Below, piece by piece: positions 8,906 to 20,355 of a stretch of DNA of 64,000 nt (position 1 is its first letter; each line of letters starts with the position of its first letter). The position numbers and the translations under genes were made by a program. The stretch covers positions 8,013-72,012 of the forward strand of contig CAYPLF010000005.1 of NCBI GenBank assembly GCA_964411555.1. The letters run 5' to 3'. The notes under the pieces are model-generated. The model was not told the origin of the DNA. It saw nothing but the letters and a program-made list of their open reading frames with translations, and ran no database searches. This DNA comes from an uncultured Bacteroidales bacterium (GTDB taxonomy: Bacteria > Bacteroidota > Bacteroidia > Bacteroidales > UBA1402).

Positions 8906-11023
8906 ATGGCAAAAGCAGATTTGAAATATACCAGGAACATCGGGATCATGGCCCACATCGATGCAGGAAAGACTACGACATCAGAGCGTATTCTTTTCTA
9001 CACCGGTCTTACGCATAAGATCGGTGAAGTGCACGATGGTGCCGCCACGATGGACTGGATGGAACAAGAACAAGAACGAGGTATCACCATTACTTCCGCC
9101 GCGACGACGACAAGTTGGAACTATGCCGGTGACAAGTACAAGATTAACTTGATTGACACCCCGGGGCACGTAGACTTTACTGTAGAAGTGGAGCGCTCAT
9201 TGCGTATTCTGGACGGTGCAGTCGCCACTTATTGTGCCGTAGGCGGTGTTGAACCCCAATCGGAAACCGTTTGGCGTCAGGCTGATAAGTACAATGTGCC
9301 CCGTGTGTGCTATGTAAATAAGATGGACCGTTCCGGTGCCGACTTTTTCGAGGTTGTTCAACAAATGAAGGACATTCTTCATGCCAACCCGTGCCCTGTT
9401 CAAATTCCAATCGGAGCAGAAGAACGCTTTAAGGGAGTTATTGATCTAATTAGCATGAAAGCCGTTTTGTGGCACGATGAAACCATGGGAGCCGAGTATT
9501 CTATTGAAGAAATACCGGCCAACCTGTTGGAAGAGGCCAAAGAATGGAGAGAAAAAATGTTGGAATCAGCAGCCGATTGCGATGATGTCTTGATGGAGAA
9601 ATTTTTTGAGGATTCTTCCACAATCAGCGAAGATGAAATCATCAACGCACTGCGCAAAGGAACCATAGCCATGAAGTTGAATCCAATGTTGTGCGGATCA
9701 TCCTTCAAGAACAAAGGTGTTCAGACATTGTTGGACGCTGTTTGTAAATTCTTACCAAGTCCGCTTGATACAGAGGCAATTGAGGGAACAGACCCTAATA
9801 ATCCTGAAAAGATGATTTCACGTAAACCGGACGAAAGCGAACCCTTGACTGCTTTGGCATTCAAGATTGCTACCGACCCGTATGTTGGCCGTCTGTGTTT
9901 CATACGTGTATATTCGGGCAAGTTGGAATCGGGTTCATATGTATATAATGTTCGTTCTGACAAGAAGGAACGTATTTCGAGGTTGTTCCAGATGCACTCC
10001 AACAAGCAGAATCCGGTTGAAGCGATTTCTGCCGGTGATATTGGTGCAGGTGTTGGTTTCAAGGATATCCGTACCGGTGATACACTGTGTGATGAGAAAC
10101 ACCCCATCGTATTGGAATCCATGGACTTCCCGGCTCCTGTTATCGGAATTTCCGTAGAACCCAAGACACAAAAAGACTTGGACAAGTTGGGTATCGGTTT
10201 GGGCAAATTAGCCGAAGAAGATCCAACCTTCACCGTCAAAACCGACGAACAAACCGGTCAGACCATCATTTCCGGTATGGGTGAACTTCACCTGGAAATC
10301 ATCATCGATCGTTTGAAACGTGAATTCAAGGTTGAATGCAACCAAGGAAGACCTCAGGTATCTTACCGCGAAGCAATCACGCAGGAAGTTCAAATCAGGG
10401 AAACCTACAAGAAGCAATCCGGTGGACGTGGTAAATTTGCAGACATGATTGTCAAGGTAGGCCCGAGAGATCCTGAATTTGAAGGCGATCTTCAATTTGT
10501 TGATGAAGTTAAGGGTGGTAACATTCCCAAGGAATACATTCCCGCCATCGAAAAAGGGTTCAAGAATGCCATGCGCAACGGTGTGTTGGCAGGATTCCCT
10601 CTGGATGGATTGAAGGTGACGGTTGTGGACGGTTCGTTCCACCCGGTTGACTCCGACCAGCTTTCATTTGAAATATGTGCAAACATAGCCTTCAAGAATG
10701 CTTGTGCAAAAGCCAAACCCGTTTTGCTTGAACCCATTATGAAAATAGAGGTCATCACTCCGGAAGAAAGCATGGGTGATGTGATTGGTGACTTGAACAA
10801 ACGTCGCGGACATGTGGGCGGTATGGAATCCAACCGTTCCGGTGCACGCGTTGTAAAGGCAAAAGTTCCCCTTTCTGAAACGTTCGGTTATGTAACCGCC
10901 TTACGTACGATTACGTCAGGTCGCGCAACCAGCAGCATGGAATTCTCCAACTACGCTGAGGTATCAAAAGCCATTGCGACGGCCGTCTTAACAGAATGCA
11001 AGGGTAGAGTTGATTTGATTTAA
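8906..11023 (+). CDS. fusA: Elongation factor G
   Basis: [42 protein letters not shown]. Confidence 0.99.
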   Translation: MAKADLKYTRNIGIMAHIDAGKTTTSERILFYTGLTHKIGEVHDGAATMDWMEQEQERGITITSAATTTSWNYAGDKYKINLIDTPGHVDFTVEVERSLRILDGAVATYCAVGGVEPQSETVWRQADKYNVPRVCYVNKMDRSGADFFEVVQQMKDILHANPCPVQIPIGAEERFKGVIDLISMKAVLWHDETMGAEYSIEEIPANLLEEAKEWREKMLESAADCDDVLMEKFFEDSSTISEDEIINALRKGTIAMKLNPMLCGSSFKNKGVQTLLDAVCKFLPSPLDTEAIEGTDPNNPEKMISRKPDESEPLTALAFKIATDPYVGRLCFIRVYSGKLESGSYVYNVRSDKKERISRLFQMHSNKQNPVEAISAGDIGAGVGFKDIRTGDTLCDEKHPIVLESMDFPAPVIGISVEPKTQKDLDKLGIGLGKLAEEDPTFTVKTDEQTGQTIISGMGELHLEIIIDRLKREFKVECNQGRPQVSYREAITQEVQIRETYKKQSGGRGKFADMIVKVGPRDPEFEGDLQFVDEVKGGNIPKEYIPAIEKGFKNAMRNGVLAGFPLDGLKVTVVDGSFHPVDSDQLSFEICANIAFKNACAKAKPVLLEPIMKIEVITPEESMGDVIGDLNKRRGHVGGMESNRSGARVVKAKVPLSETFGYVTALRTITSGRATSSMEFSNYAEVSKAIATAVLTECKGRVDLI

Positions 11024-11077
11024 TAACGTTCCATGGTGTGTAAATAGCTCTACATCAGGAATATAATATAAATAAAC

Positions 11078-11383
11078 ATGAGCCAGAAAATTCGTATCAA
11101 ACTCAAGTCCTACGATTACAACTTGGTAGACAAGTCTGCCGAGAAAATCGTAAAGACCGTGAAGGCGACAGGTGCTGTAGTAAGCGGCCCAATTCCCCTT
11201 CCCACGCACAAGCGCGTGTTCACCGTGAACCGTTCAACGTTTGTCAACAAGAAATCGCGTGAGCAATTTCAATTGTGTTCATTCAAAAGGCTGATCGATA
11301 TTTACAATACGAGTGCCAAAACCGTGGATGCATTGATGAAGCTTGAACTGCCAAGCGGTGTTGAGGTAGAAATAAAAGTGTGA
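11078..11383 (+). CDS. rpsJ: 30S ribosomal protein S10
   Basis: [23 protein letters not shown]. Confidence 0.99.
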   Translation: MSQKIRIKLKSYDYNLVDKSAEKIVKTVKATGAVVSGPIPLPTHKRVFTVNRSTFVNKKSREQFQLCSFKRLIDIYNTSAKTVDALMKLELPSGVEVEIKV

Positions 11384-11403
11384 TCTAGTAAATTAAGTAA
11401 GAA

Positions 11404-12018
11404 ATGCCAGGATTGATTGGAAAAAAAATCGGAATGACTTCCGTTTTCAGTGCCGATGGAAAAAATGTTCCATGCACTGTTGTAGAAGCTGGTCCCTGTG
11501 TGGTCACTCAGGTAAAAACGTTGGAAACTGACGGATATGAAGCCGTTCAGTTGGGCTTTCAGGAAAAAGCAGAAAAGCGCACCAACAAAGCTGAGGCCGG
11601 TCACTTTAAAAAAGCAGGCGTAGCTCCGCAAAAACACTTGGTTGAGTTCAAGGGATTCGAAGGGTTGAAATCCGGAGATGTGGTAACAGCCGAACTATTT
11701 GAGGCTGATGAGTATGTTGACGTTGTAGGTACCTCAAAAGGTAAAGGTTTCCAGGGTGTTGTCAAGCGCCATGGCTTTTCCGGTGTAGGTGAAGCTACCC
11801 ATGGTCAACACAACCGTTTGCGTGCACCGGGTTCTCTGGGTGCATCTTCATGGCCTTCACGCGTATTCAAAGGAATGCGTATGGCCGGACGTACTGGTGG
11901 TGATCGAGTGACCGTCCAGAATCTACAGGTTATTAAAGTGATTCCAGAACACAATTTGGTGATGATCAAAGGTTCTGTTCCGGGCGCTAAAGGTTCAATC
12001 GTAATCATTGAAAAGTAA
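11404..12018 (+). CDS. rplC: 50S ribosomal protein L3
   Basis: [34 protein letters not shown]. Confidence 0.99.
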   Translation: MPGLIGKKIGMTSVFSADGKNVPCTVVEAGPCVVTQVKTLETDGYEAVQLGFQEKAEKRTNKAEAGHFKKAGVAPQKHLVEFKGFEGLKSGDVVTAELFEADEYVDVVGTSKGKGFQGVVKRHGFSGVGEATHGQHNRLRAPGSLGASSWPSRVFKGMRMAGRTGGDRVTVQNLQVIKVIPEHNLVMIKGSVPGAKGSIVIIEK

Positions 12019-12647
12019 TGGAACTGAGTGTATATACAATAAAAGGTGAAGATACGGGCAGGAAGATCACGCTCAATGATGCGGTCTTTGCAATAGAGCC
12101 CAACGATCATGCCATCTGGTTGGACGTGAAGCAGTATCGTGCCAACAGCCGTCAAGGCACACATAAAGCGAAAGAAAGAAGCGAGATGTCCGGTTCTACC
12201 AAGAAGTTGGGACGTCAAAAAGGAGGCGGCGGTGCCCGTCGCGGTGATATCAACTCGCCTGTTTTGGTGGGTGGAGCCCGTGTATTCGGTCCGAAACCCC
12301 GTGATTACAGCTTCAAGTTGAACAAGAAAGTGAAAGCTTTGGCCAGAAAATCGGCATTGGCTTATAAAGCCGCTGAAAATGCCATACTGGTTATTGAAGA
12401 TTTTGCTTTTGAAACCCCGAAGACCAAGGACTTTGTGACAATGGCCACTAATTTGAAAGTTGCTGATAAAAAGTCACTTTTCGTATTGGCGGAAGGAAAT
12501 AAAAACGTATATTTGTCGGCCCGTAATTTGTCGTCTGTAAAGGTGGTAACGGTTTCTGAATTAAACACTTACAAGGTGTTGGATGCAAAATCGCTCATCC
12601 TTACGGAAAGTGCTGTTGCCGGCATTGAATCTCAATTAAACGCATAA
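12018..12647 (+). CDS. rplD: 50S ribosomal protein L4
   Basis: [36 protein letters not shown]. Confidence 0.99.
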   Translation: MELSVYTIKGEDTGRKITLNDAVFAIEPNDHAIWLDVKQYRANSRQGTHKAKERSEMSGSTKKLGRQKGGGGARRGDINSPVLVGGARVFGPKPRDYSFKLNKKVKALARKSALAYKAAENAILVIEDFAFETPKTKDFVTMATNLKVADKKSLFVLAEGNKNVYLSARNLSSVKVVTVSELNTYKVLDAKSLILTESAVAGIESQLNA

Positions 12648-12659
12648 GGAGGGTTAATC

Positions 12660-12950
12660 ATGGGAATTATCATCAAACCAATCGTAACAGAGAAGATGAC
12701 AGCCATTACCGAGAAATTGAATCGGTATGGTTTCCGTGTACAGCCTGAAGCAAATAAGATTGAGATTGCCAAGGCCATAGAAGACATGTACAATGTGACG
12801 GTAATTGACGTCAACACCGCCAATTTCCGTGGTAAGAACAAGAGCCGCTATACAAAAGCCGGTCTCATTAAAGGAAAAGAATCCGCTTTCAAAAAGGCCA
12901 TTGTGACCTTGAAAGAAGGCGATGTGATTGATTTTTACAGCAATATATAA
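12660..12950 (+). CDS. rplW: 50S ribosomal protein L23
   Basis: IIKPIVTEK, ANKIEIAKAIE, FKKAIVTL. Confidence 0.98.
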   Translation: MGIIIKPIVTEKMTAITEKLNRYGFRVQPEANKIEIAKAIEDMYNVTVIDVNTANFRGKNKSRYTKAGLIKGKESAFKKAIVTLKEGDVIDFYSNI

Positions 12951-12956
12951 GAAAAA

Positions 12957-13781
12957 ATGGCAGTACGTAAACTAAAGCCCACAACGCCGGGGCAGAGACA
13001 TAAAATTATTGGTGCCTTTGAAACCATCACAGCATCGGCACCAGAAAAGTCGCTTGTATACGGCCTGAGAAAATCAGGAGGTCGAAACAATACCGGTAAG
13101 ATGACCATGCGCTACTTAGGTGGTGGTCACAAACAAGCGTATCGTTTCATTGATTTCAAGCGGACGAAAGATGGTATACCTGCTACAGTAAAAACAATCG
13201 AATACGATCCGAACCGTTCGGCACGTATTGCGTTGTTGTTTTACGCTGATGGTGAAAAAACGTACATACTTGCACCCAACGGTCTGCAAGTCGGCATGAA
13301 ACTGATGTCTGGAGAACAAGCAGCTCCTGAAGTAGGTAACGCCCTTCCTTTGAAAAACATACCTGTAGGTACGGTGATTCACAACATTGAGCTGCGTCCC
13401 GGACAAGGAGCCAAGATGGTTCGTTCGGCCGGTACATTTGCCCAGCTAACATCAAAGGAAGATAATTATGCAATTATTCGTATGCCTTCAGGTGAAACCA
13501 GAAAAATTCTGCTTGCCTGTAAAGCTACGGTTGGTAGTGTCGGTAACTCGGACCATGCTCTTGAAAGTTCAGGTAAAGCCGGTCGTTCGAGGTGGTTGGG
13601 ACGTCGTCCCAGAAACCGTGGTGTCGTGATGAATCCTGTCGATCACCCCATGGGTGGTGGTGAAGGTCGTGCATCAGGTGGTCTTCCAAGATCCAGGAAG
13701 GGCTTATTGTCCAGAGGATTAAAGACCAGGGCGCCGAAGAAACAATCGAGCAAGTACATCATCGAAAGACGGAAAAAATAA
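12957..13781 (+). CDS. rplB: 50S ribosomal protein L2
   Basis: [38 protein letters not shown]. Confidence 0.99.
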   Translation: MAVRKLKPTTPGQRHKIIGAFETITASAPEKSLVYGLRKSGGRNNTGKMTMRYLGGGHKQAYRFIDFKRTKDGIPATVKTIEYDPNRSARIALLFYADGEKTYILAPNGLQVGMKLMSGEQAAPEVGNALPLKNIPVGTVIHNIELRPGQGAKMVRSAGTFAQLTSKEDNYAIIRMPSGETRKILLACKATVGSVGNSDHALESSGKAGRSRWLGRRPRNRGVVMNPVDHPMGGGEGRASGGLPRSRKGLLSRGLKTRAPKKQSSKYIIERRKK

Positions 13782-13802
13782 CCTTCAACATTCAAGCAAA
13801 TT

Positions 13803-14072
13803 ATGAGTCGTTCATTAAAAAAAGGACCGTACATCAATATCAAGCTGGAAGCCAAGATTCTGGCAATGAATGAATCGGGAAAGAAAAGCCTTGTGAAGAC
13901 CTGGGCACGTGCCTCGATGATTTCTCCCGACTTTGTTGGTCATACGATCGCCGTTCATAACGGAAATAAGTTTATCCCGGTTTATGTTACTGAAAACATG
14001 GTTGGACACAAGTTGGGCGAGTTTTCACCCACACGCACGTTCAGAGGCCATGGCGGAAACAAAAAGAAATAA
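13803..14072 (+). CDS. rpsS: 30S ribosomal protein S19
   Basis: [23 protein letters not shown]. Confidence 0.99.
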   Translation: MSRSLKKGPYINIKLEAKILAMNESGKKSLVKTWARASMISPDFVGHTIAVHNGNKFIPVYVTENMVGHKLGEFSPTRTFRGHGGNKKK

Positions 14073-14106
14073 ACCGTTGTAAGAAAAAACAAAACTCGAA
14101 TATAAC

Positions 14107-14514
14107 ATGGGTGCAAGAAAAAAATTAGCAGCTGATGCTAGAAAAGAAGCGCTGAAGAATCAGTACTTCGCCAAGCTCAACGGCGTTCCCTCGTCACCGC
14201 GGAAAATGCGCTATGTCGCTGACATGATCAGAGGCAAGGAAGTATTTTTGGCACTTGGCATCCTGAAGTTTTCCAACAAGGAAGCTTCCGGTCGCCTGGA
14301 AAAATTGCTTCGTTCGGCTATTGCGAACTGGGAACAAAAGAACGAACGCAAGGCTGAAGCCGGTTTGTTGTATGTGAAAGAACTGAAGGTGGATTCAGCT
14401 TCCATGCTGAAAAGACTTCGTCCGGCCCCTCAAGGTCGCGGTTACCGCATACGCAAACGCTCCAACCACGTTACCTTGAGCATCGATACACTAACCACTA
14501 ACGAACAAAACTAA
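14107..14514 (+). CDS. rplV: 50S ribosomal protein L22
   Basis: [39 protein letters not shown]. Confidence 0.98.
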   Translation: MGARKKLAADARKEALKNQYFAKLNGVPSSPRKMRYVADMIRGKEVFLALGILKFSNKEASGRLEKLLRSAIANWEQKNERKAEAGLLYVKELKVDSASMLKRLRPAPQGRGYRIRKRSNHVTLSIDTLTTNEQN

Positions 14515-14520
14515 GGCTAC

Positions 14521-15267
14521 ATGGGACAGAAAGTAAATCCGGTAAGTAACCGCCTGGGTATCATCAGAGGTTGGGATTCCAACTGGTATGGTGGCCGTAA
14601 GTATGGCGAAACACTGTTGGAAGACAGCAAAATCCGTAAATACCTGATCGCGCGTTTAGCCAAGGCTAGTGTATCTCGTATTGTCATTGAACGTACACTC
14701 AAACTGGTTACCATCACCGTATGCACTGCCCGTCCGGGTATCATCATCGGTAAAGGTGGTCAGGAAGTGGACAAGTTGAAAGAAGAACTGAAGAAAATCA
14801 CCGATAAGGACGTACAGATCAATATCTATGAAATCAAACGTCCCGAACTCGATGCTGAAATCGTAGCCGCCAACATCGCCCGTCAAATTGAAGGTAAGAT
14901 TGCTTACCGTCGTGCGGTGAAGATGGCTATCCAGTCAACCATGCGCATGGGTGCCGAAGGCATCAAGGTCTTGGTTGCCGGTCGTTTGAATGGGGCAGAG
15001 ATGGCTCGTTCAGAAATGTATAAGGAAGGACGTACTCCGTTGCATACGTTCCGTGCAGACATCGATTATGCACAGGCTGAAGCCCTGACCAAGGTTGGTC
15101 TGATTGGTGTGAAGGTCTGGATTTGCCGTGGCGAAATCTATGGCAAGGTCGATTTGGCCCCACAATTTGCCGCATCGAAAGAAGGCGGACGCAATACCGG
15201 CTCCTCTACCGGTGGCGAACGTCGCGATGACCGCAGGGGTGGTTTCCGCAAAAAGAGAAACAAATAA
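14521..15267 (+). CDS. rpsC: 30S ribosomal protein S3
   Basis: [45 protein letters not shown]. Confidence 0.99.
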   Translation: MGQKVNPVSNRLGIIRGWDSNWYGGRKYGETLLEDSKIRKYLIARLAKASVSRIVIERTLKLVTITVCTARPGIIIGKGGQEVDKLKEELKKITDKDVQINIYEIKRPELDAEIVAANIARQIEGKIAYRRAVKMAIQSTMRMGAEGIKVLVAGRLNGAEMARSEMYKEGRTPLHTFRADIDYAQAEALTKVGLIGVKVWICRGEIYGKVDLAPQFAASKEGGRNTGSSTGGERRDDRRGGFRKKRNK

Positions 15268-15292
15268 GTGTCAACATTAGCACAAGAGAGAA

Positions 15293-15727
15293 ATGTTACA
15301 ACCTAAAAGAACAAAGTTCAGAAGACAGCAGAAAGGTCGCATGAAGGGCAATGCCCAACGTGGGAACCAGTTGGCATTCGGTTCTTTTGGCATCAAGACG
15401 TTGGATTCGCACTGGATCACAGGTCAGCAGATAGAAGCAGCCCGTATTGCGGTTACCCGTCATATGCAACGTCAAGGTCAAATCTGGATTCGTATTTTTC
15501 CGGATAAGCCCTTCACCAAAAAACCAGCCGAAGTACGTATGGGTAAGGGTAAAGGATCACCCGAAGGTTTCGTGGCTCCCATTACCCCGGGCAGAATATT
15601 GATTGAAGTGGAAGGAGTGCCTTTCGAACTGGCCAAGGAGGCTTTACGTTTGGCAGCCCAGAAACTCCCTGTTGCTACAAAATTTGTAGTGCGCAGAGAT
15701 TACGATTTTCAAAACACTAATGCCTAA
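15293..15727 (+). CDS. rplP: 50S ribosomal protein L16
   Basis: [25 protein letters not shown]. Confidence 0.99.
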   Translation: MLQPKRTKFRRQQKGRMKGNAQRGNQLAFGSFGIKTLDSHWITGQQIEAARIAVTRHMQRQGQIWIRIFPDKPFTKKPAEVRMGKGKGSPEGFVAPITPGRILIEVEGVPFELAKEALRLAAQKLPVATKFVVRRDYDFQNTNA

Positions 15728-15732
15728 GCCGT

Positions 15733-15933
15733 ATGAAAATTAAAGAAATCAGAGAACTCACGACAAAGGAAATAGAAGAACGCGCAGATGCTCATGTGGC
15801 ACAGTTGGATCAACTGAAATTACAGCACACGATTTCTCCGTTGGATAATTCCAGTCAGATCAAGTTCATACGCCGGGATATTGCTCGAATGAAAACCGTG
15901 TTGAGAGACAGAGCATTGAATCAACAAAATTAA
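15733..15933 (+). CDS. rpmC: 50S ribosomal protein L29
   Basis: [20 protein letters not shown]; position after rplP. Confidence 0.96.
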   Translation: MKIKEIRELTTKEIEERADAHVAQLDQLKLQHTISPLDNSSQIKFIRRDIARMKTVLRDRALNQQN

Positions 15934-15940
15934 GAGCCCG

Positions 15941-16195
15941 ATGGAAAGAAATTTAAGAAAAGAAAGAGCCGGGGTGGTTTTCAGCAACAAGGGTGACAAG
16001 ACCATTACCGTTGCTGTAAAGTGGAAAGAAAAACACCCCATATACGGTAAGTTTGTCCAAAAGACAAAGAAATACCATGCTCACGACGAAAAGAATGAAT
16101 GCAACATCGGTGACACCGTGCGGATCATGGAAACTCGTCCTTTGAGCAAGACCAAGAGATGGAGATTAGTGGAAATCATCGAAAGAGCGAAGTAA
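15941..16195 (+). CDS. rpsQ: 30S ribosomal protein S17
   Basis: [31 protein letters not shown]. Confidence 0.98.
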   Translation: MERNLRKERAGVVFSNKGDKTITVAVKWKEKHPIYGKFVQKTKKYHAHDEKNECNIGDTVRIMETRPLSKTKRWRLVEIIERAK

Positions 16196-16196
16196 T

Positions 16197-16562
16197 ATGA
16201 TACAAACAGAATCTAGACTATTAGTCGCTGACAACTCAGGCGCCAAGGAAGTCCTGTGTATCCGCGTATTGGGCGGCACCGGCCGTCGTTACGCGTCGGT
16301 GGGGGATATCATCGTGGTTGCCATCAAAAGCACCATTCCCTCCAGTGAGATCAAGAAAGGAACTGTATCGAAAGCCGTCATTGTACGTACGAAAAAAGAA
16401 ATCAGACGTGCCGACGGATCATACATTCGTTTTGACGATAATGCCTGTGTGTTGTTGAACAACGCCGGTGAATTGCGCGGAAGCCGTATTTTCGGTCCCG
16501 TAGCACGTGAGCTTCGTACGACAAACATGAAGATTGTTTCGTTGGCTCCTGAAGTACTTTAA
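16197..16562 (+). CDS. rplN: 50S ribosomal protein L14
   Basis: [25 protein letters not shown]. Confidence 0.99.
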   Translation: MIQTESRLLVADNSGAKEVLCIRVLGGTGRRYASVGDIIVVAIKSTIPSSEIKKGTVSKAVIVRTKKEIRRADGSYIRFDDNACVLLNNAGELRGSRIFGPVARELRTTNMKIVSLAPEVL

Positions 16563-16580
16563 CCAGTAGAACGAAAACAA

Positions 16581-16901
16581 ATGAGTAAGTTACATATCAA
16601 GAAGGGTGACACCGTCTATGTGAATGCAGGCGAAGACAAGGGTAAGACCGGTCGCGTGCTCCAGGTGCTGGTAGATAAACAGCGCGCCATTGTAGAAGGT
16701 GTGAACATGGTCTCCAAGAGTGCCAAACCCAATGCGAAGAATCCTCAGGGAGGAATCGAAAAGAAAGAAGCTGCCATCCACATTTCAAACCTCAACCCGC
16801 TGGATCCCAAAACAGGAAAGCCGACACGGGTAGGTCGTGTTAGAAATGAAGAAGGCAAGTTAGTACGTGTATCTAAAAAATCTGGGGAGGAAATCAAATA
16901 A
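16581..16901 (+). CDS. rplX: 50S ribosomal protein L24
   Basis: IKKGDTV...[22 protein letters not shown]. Confidence 0.98.
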   Translation: MSKLHIKKGDTVYVNAGEDKGKTGRVLQVLVDKQRAIVEGVNMVSKSAKPNAKNPQGGIEKKEAAIHISNLNPLDPKTGKPTRVGRVRNEEGKLVRVSKKSGEEIK

Positions 16902-17458
16902 TGGCAAATACCGCATCTCTTAAGAATGAATACGCGGAACGCATCGTTCCCGCGTTGACCAAGGAATTCGGCTACACCACGATCATGCAGGTCCCTGTGT
17001 TGAAGAAGATTGTCATCAATCAGGGATTGGGTCTTGCCGTTGCCGACAAGAAGATCATTGAGACCGCCATCACCGAGTTGACCGCCATCACCGGTCAAAA
17101 GGCAGTAGCCACGATTTCCAAGAAGGACATTTCCAATTTCAAACTGCGTAAGAAAATGCCCATTGGCGTGCGTGTTACACTGCGTCGTGAGCAAATGTAC
17201 GAGTTTTTGGAACGCCTTATCCGTGTTTCATTGCCTCGTATCCGCGACTTCAAGGGTATTGAGAGCAAATTGGACGGAAGAGGAAACTACACGTTGGGAA
17301 TCGAAGAACAAATCATATTCCCCGAAATTAACATTGACAACATCGTCAAATTGTTGGGAATGAATATTACCTTTGTGACTTCCGCAAAAACGGACGAAGA
17401 AGGGTATGCTCTGTTGAGAGAATTTGGCTTGCCCTTTAAAAACAACAAAAAAGATTGA
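16901..17458 (+). CDS. rplE: 50S ribosomal protein L5
   Basis: [38 protein letters not shown]. Confidence 0.99.
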   Translation: MANTASLKNEYAERIVPALTKEFGYTTIMQVPVLKKIVINQGLGLAVADKKIIETAITELTAITGQKAVATISKKDISNFKLRKKMPIGVRVTLRREQMYEFLERLIRVSLPRIRDFKGIESKLDGRGNYTLGIEEQIIFPEINIDNIVKLLGMNITFVTSAKTDEEGYALLREFGLPFKNNKKD

Positions 17459-17465
17459 TAGAACT

Positions 17466-17735
17466 ATGGCAAAAGAATCAATGAAAGCACGCGAAGTGAA
17501 ACGTGCCGCCCTTATCGCCAAGTTTGCCGAAAAAAGAGCAAAGCTCAAGGCAGAAGGTAATTATGAGGCGTTGCAGGCACTTCCCAAGAATTCTTGCCCT
17601 GTACGCATTCACAACCGCTGCAGCATGACAGGACGTCCGAAAGGCTATATCCGCCAATTCGGAATTTCCCGTATCCAGTTCCGTGAAATGGCGTCTCAAG
17701 GTTTGATTCCCGGTGTGCGCAAAGCAAGTTGGTAA
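17466..17735 (+). CDS. rpsN: 30S ribosomal protein S14 (89 aa, lacking the four-Cys zinc ribbon)
   Basis: Start reassigned to ATG 17466; [35 protein letters not shown]. Confidence 0.98.
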   Translation: MAKESMKAREVKRAALIAKFAEKRAKLKAEGNYEALQALPKNSCPVRIHNRCSMTGRPKGYIRQFGISRIQFREMASQGLIPGVRKASW

Positions 17736-17813
17736 TCCTAACGGCGACCAACGTTACCAAGTAACTGATGTTAAATATTGTCCGGAGAGTCCGGATCAAT
17801 TTAAATTATTAAT

Positions 17814-18209
17814 ATGACTGATCCAATAGCAGATTATCTGACCAGATTGCGGAATGCCATCAAGGCCAAACACAGAGTTGTGGAGATTCCCGCATCGAAT
17901 TTGAAAAAAGAGATCACCAAGATCCTTTTTGACAAGGGCTACATCCTGAACTACAAGTTCGTGGAAGACGGTCCTCAGGGTTCCATCAAGATTGCCCTGA
18001 AATACGATCCCGTAAACAAGGTTAACTCGATCAAATGTTTGAAACGCGTTTCCACACCGGGTTTGCGTCAATATGTTGGTTATCGTGAAATGCCCCGTGT
18101 CCTCAACGGACTGGGTATTGCCATTTTGTCTACCTCCAAGGGGGTGATGACCGATAAAGAAGCCAAGGATTTGAAGCTCGGCGGCGAAGTATTGTGTTAC
18201 ATCTATTAA
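17814..18209 (+). CDS. rpsH: 30S ribosomal protein S8
   Basis: [35 protein letters not shown]. Confidence 0.99.
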   Translation: MTDPIADYLTRLRNAIKAKHRVVEIPASNLKKEITKILFDKGYILNYKFVEDGPQGSIKIALKYDPVNKVNSIKCLKRVSTPGLRQYVGYREMPRVLNGLGIAILSTSKGVMTDKEAKDLKLGGEVLCYIY

Positions 18210-18225
18210 TGTGGAGGAATAGACT

Positions 18226-18783
18226 ATGTCAAGAATTGGAAAATTACCCATCAATATACCGGCCGGTGTAACCGTAACTGTCAGCAATGACAACCTGGTT
18301 GCCGTTAAAGGGCCGAAAGGTGAATTGAAACAAGTTGTCAACCCCGATATTACGGTTGAAGTTAAAGAAGGTACCGTTTTGGTTACCAGGCCATCTGATG
18401 AACGCGAACACCGTTCAATGCACGGTTTGTACCGCTCGTTGATCAACAACATGGTTGTTGGGGTATCTGAAGGTTATCACAAAGAGTTGGAACTGGTCGG
18501 TGTCGGTTTCCGTGCACAGAACAACGGTCAGGTGCTCGACCTTTCATTGGGTTACACGCATAACATCCTTTTTGTATTGCCACAGGAAATTAAGCTTGAA
18601 ACCAAGAACGAACGTAACAAGAACCCGTTGATCATTCTTGACTCCTGCGACAAGCAGTTAATCGGTCAAGTATGTGCCAAGATTCGTTCCCTGCGCAAAC
18701 CAGAGCCTTACAAGGGCAAGGGTGTTCGCTTCGTTGGTGAAGTTGTTCGCAGAAAAGCAGGCAAATCAGCTGGTAAGAAGTAA
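18226..18783 (+). CDS. rplF: 50S ribosomal protein L6
   Basis: MSRIGKLP, KGPKGEL, PEPYKGKG. Confidence 0.99.
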   Translation: MSRIGKLPINIPAGVTVTVSNDNLVAVKGPKGELKQVVNPDITVEVKEGTVLVTRPSDEREHRSMHGLYRSLINNMVVGVSEGYHKELELVGVGFRAQNNGQVLDLSLGYTHNILFVLPQEIKLETKNERNKNPLIILDSCDKQLIGQVCAKIRSLRKPEPYKGKGVRFVGEVVRRKAGKSAGKK

Positions 18784-18805
18784 TTACGCTTAAAATCAAT
18801 CAGAG

Positions 18806-19150
18806 ATGACAACGAAAGAGTCTAGAAGACAAAAAATAAAACTGGGAATCCGCTCAAAAGTCAGCGGCACTCCCGAAATGCCCAGGATGACTGTTTTCAG
18901 AAGCAACAAGCAGATTTATGTGCAGTTGATCGATGATAAGTCCGGCAAAACCTTGGCTGCTGCCTCTTCCCTTAAAGTAGAAGGAAAGATGACTAAGAAA
19001 GAGCAAGCTGCCAAAGTGGGCGAAATGATCAGCAAGAGTGCACTGGAAGCAGGCATTACCACGGTTGTATTTGATCGTAACGGTTACCTGTACCACGGTA
19101 GAGTAAAAGAAGTTGCAGATGCCGCACGCAATGGCGGTCTTAAATTTTAA
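18806..19150 (+). CDS. rplR: 50S ribosomal protein L18
   Basis: [31 protein letters not shown]. Confidence 0.98.
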   Translation: MTTKESRRQKIKLGIRSKVSGTPEMPRMTVFRSNKQIYVQLIDDKSGKTLAAASSLKVEGKMTKKEQAAKVGEMISKSALEAGITTVVFDRNGYLYHGRVKEVADAARNGGLKF

Positions 19151-19155
19151 TCAAC

Positions 19156-19674
19156 ATGGCAGGACAAATGAATAGAGTTAAGACTACCAATGATTTGGAG
19201 TTGAAGGACAGACTGGTTGCTATCAACCGTGTCACCAAGGTAACCAAAGGAGGACGCGCATTCAGCTTCTCCGCCATTGTTGTGGTAGGAAATGAAGAAG
19301 GTATTGTGGGCTGGGGTTTGGGTAAAGCCGGTGAAGTAACCGCCGCCATTGCCAAAGGTGCCGAAGCAGCCAAGAAAAATTTGATCAAGGTGCCTGTTCT
19401 GAAAGGAACCATTCCTCACGAACAATGGGCTAAATTTGGTGGAGCTGAAGTTTTCCTGAAACCGGCCACACCTGGTACCGGGGTCAAGGCTGGTGGTGCT
19501 ATGCGTGCCGTACTTGAAAGCGTGGGCGTTACCGATGTGTTGGCCAAATCAAAGGGATCATCGAATCCTCACAACTTGGTTAAGGCAACTATGGAAGCCC
19601 TCAGTGAACTACGTGATGCCAGAATGGTGGCACAAAACCGTGGTATTTCCGTTGAAAAAGTATTTAAAGGTTAA
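19156..19674 (+). CDS. rpsE: 30S ribosomal protein S5
   Basis: [41 protein letters not shown]. Confidence 0.99.
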   Translation: MAGQMNRVKTTNDLELKDRLVAINRVTKVTKGGRAFSFSAIVVVGNEEGIVGWGLGKAGEVTAAIAKGAEAAKKNLIKVPVLKGTIPHEQWAKFGGAEVFLKPATPGTGVKAGGAMRAVLESVGVTDVLAKSKGSSNPHNLVKATMEALSELRDARMVAQNRGISVEKVFKG

Positions 19675-19685
19675 ACAGAAAGAAC

Positions 19686-19862
19686 ATGGCAACGATAAAG
19701 ATCAAACAGTTCAAGAGCCGTATTGGTGCACCGGCCGTTCAGAAAAAAACACTTGATGCCCTTGGCCTTAAGAAACTGAACAACATCGTCGAGCACGAAG
19801 CAACCCCGTCCATTCTGGGCATGGTTGAAAAAGTCAAACACTTGGTAAAAATCGTAGAATAA
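19686..19862 (+). CDS. rpmD: 50S ribosomal protein L30 (58 aa; not in ORF track)
   Basis: Hand translation [58 protein letters not shown]. Confidence 0.97.
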   Translation: MATIKIKQFKSRIGAPAVQKKTLDALGLKKLNNIVEHEATPSILGMVEKVKHLVKIVE

Positions 19863-19873
19863 AGCATATAACT

Positions 19874-20320
19874 ATGAATTTAAGCAATTTAAAACCCGCA
19901 GCCGGATCAACAAAAACCGGTAAACGAATAGGTCGTGGACCAGGTTCAGGTTTGGGTGGCACCTCTACCAGGGGGCACAAAGGAGCCAAGTCACGTTCGG
20001 GTTATTCCAGAAAACGTGGATTTGAAGGAGGTCAGATGCCTCTGCAACGCCGCGTTCCTAAATTTGGATTCAAAAACATCAATCGAGTAGAATACAAGGC
20101 CATCAACATTTCCACGTTGCAAACCTTGGCTGAAGCAAAGAAGTTGACGGCCATCACGCCGGAAACATTGATTGAAGCTGGCTTCATTTCAAAGGGACAT
20201 ATGGTTAAGATTCTGGGAAATGGTAGCCTGACCGTTAAGATCGACGTAACGGCCAACGCCTTTTCAGCATCGGCCCTAAAAGCCATTGAGGCTTTAGGAG
20301 GTACTGCAACCACATGTTAA
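19874..20320 (+). CDS. rplO: 50S ribosomal protein L15
   Basis: [39 protein letters not shown]. Confidence 0.99.
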   Translation: MNLSNLKPAAGSTKTGKRIGRGPGSGLGGTSTRGHKGAKSRSGYSRKRGFEGGQMPLQRRVPKFGFKNINRVEYKAINISTLQTLAEAKKLTAITPETLIEAGFISKGHMVKILGNGSLTVKIDVTANAFSASALKAIEALGGTATTC

Positions 20321-20355
20321 TCGGATAACGGGTATATACAATAAAACGTGTTCCA

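Noticed and set aside
8906-11383. No tuf after fusA
   Set aside because: Normal for Bacteroidota, where tuf is located elsewhere
17796-18452. 218-aa antisense ORF over rpsH/rplF, and similar shadow ORFs over fusA, rplE and eno
   Set aside because: Antisense shadows of biased codon usage in conserved genes; no motifs
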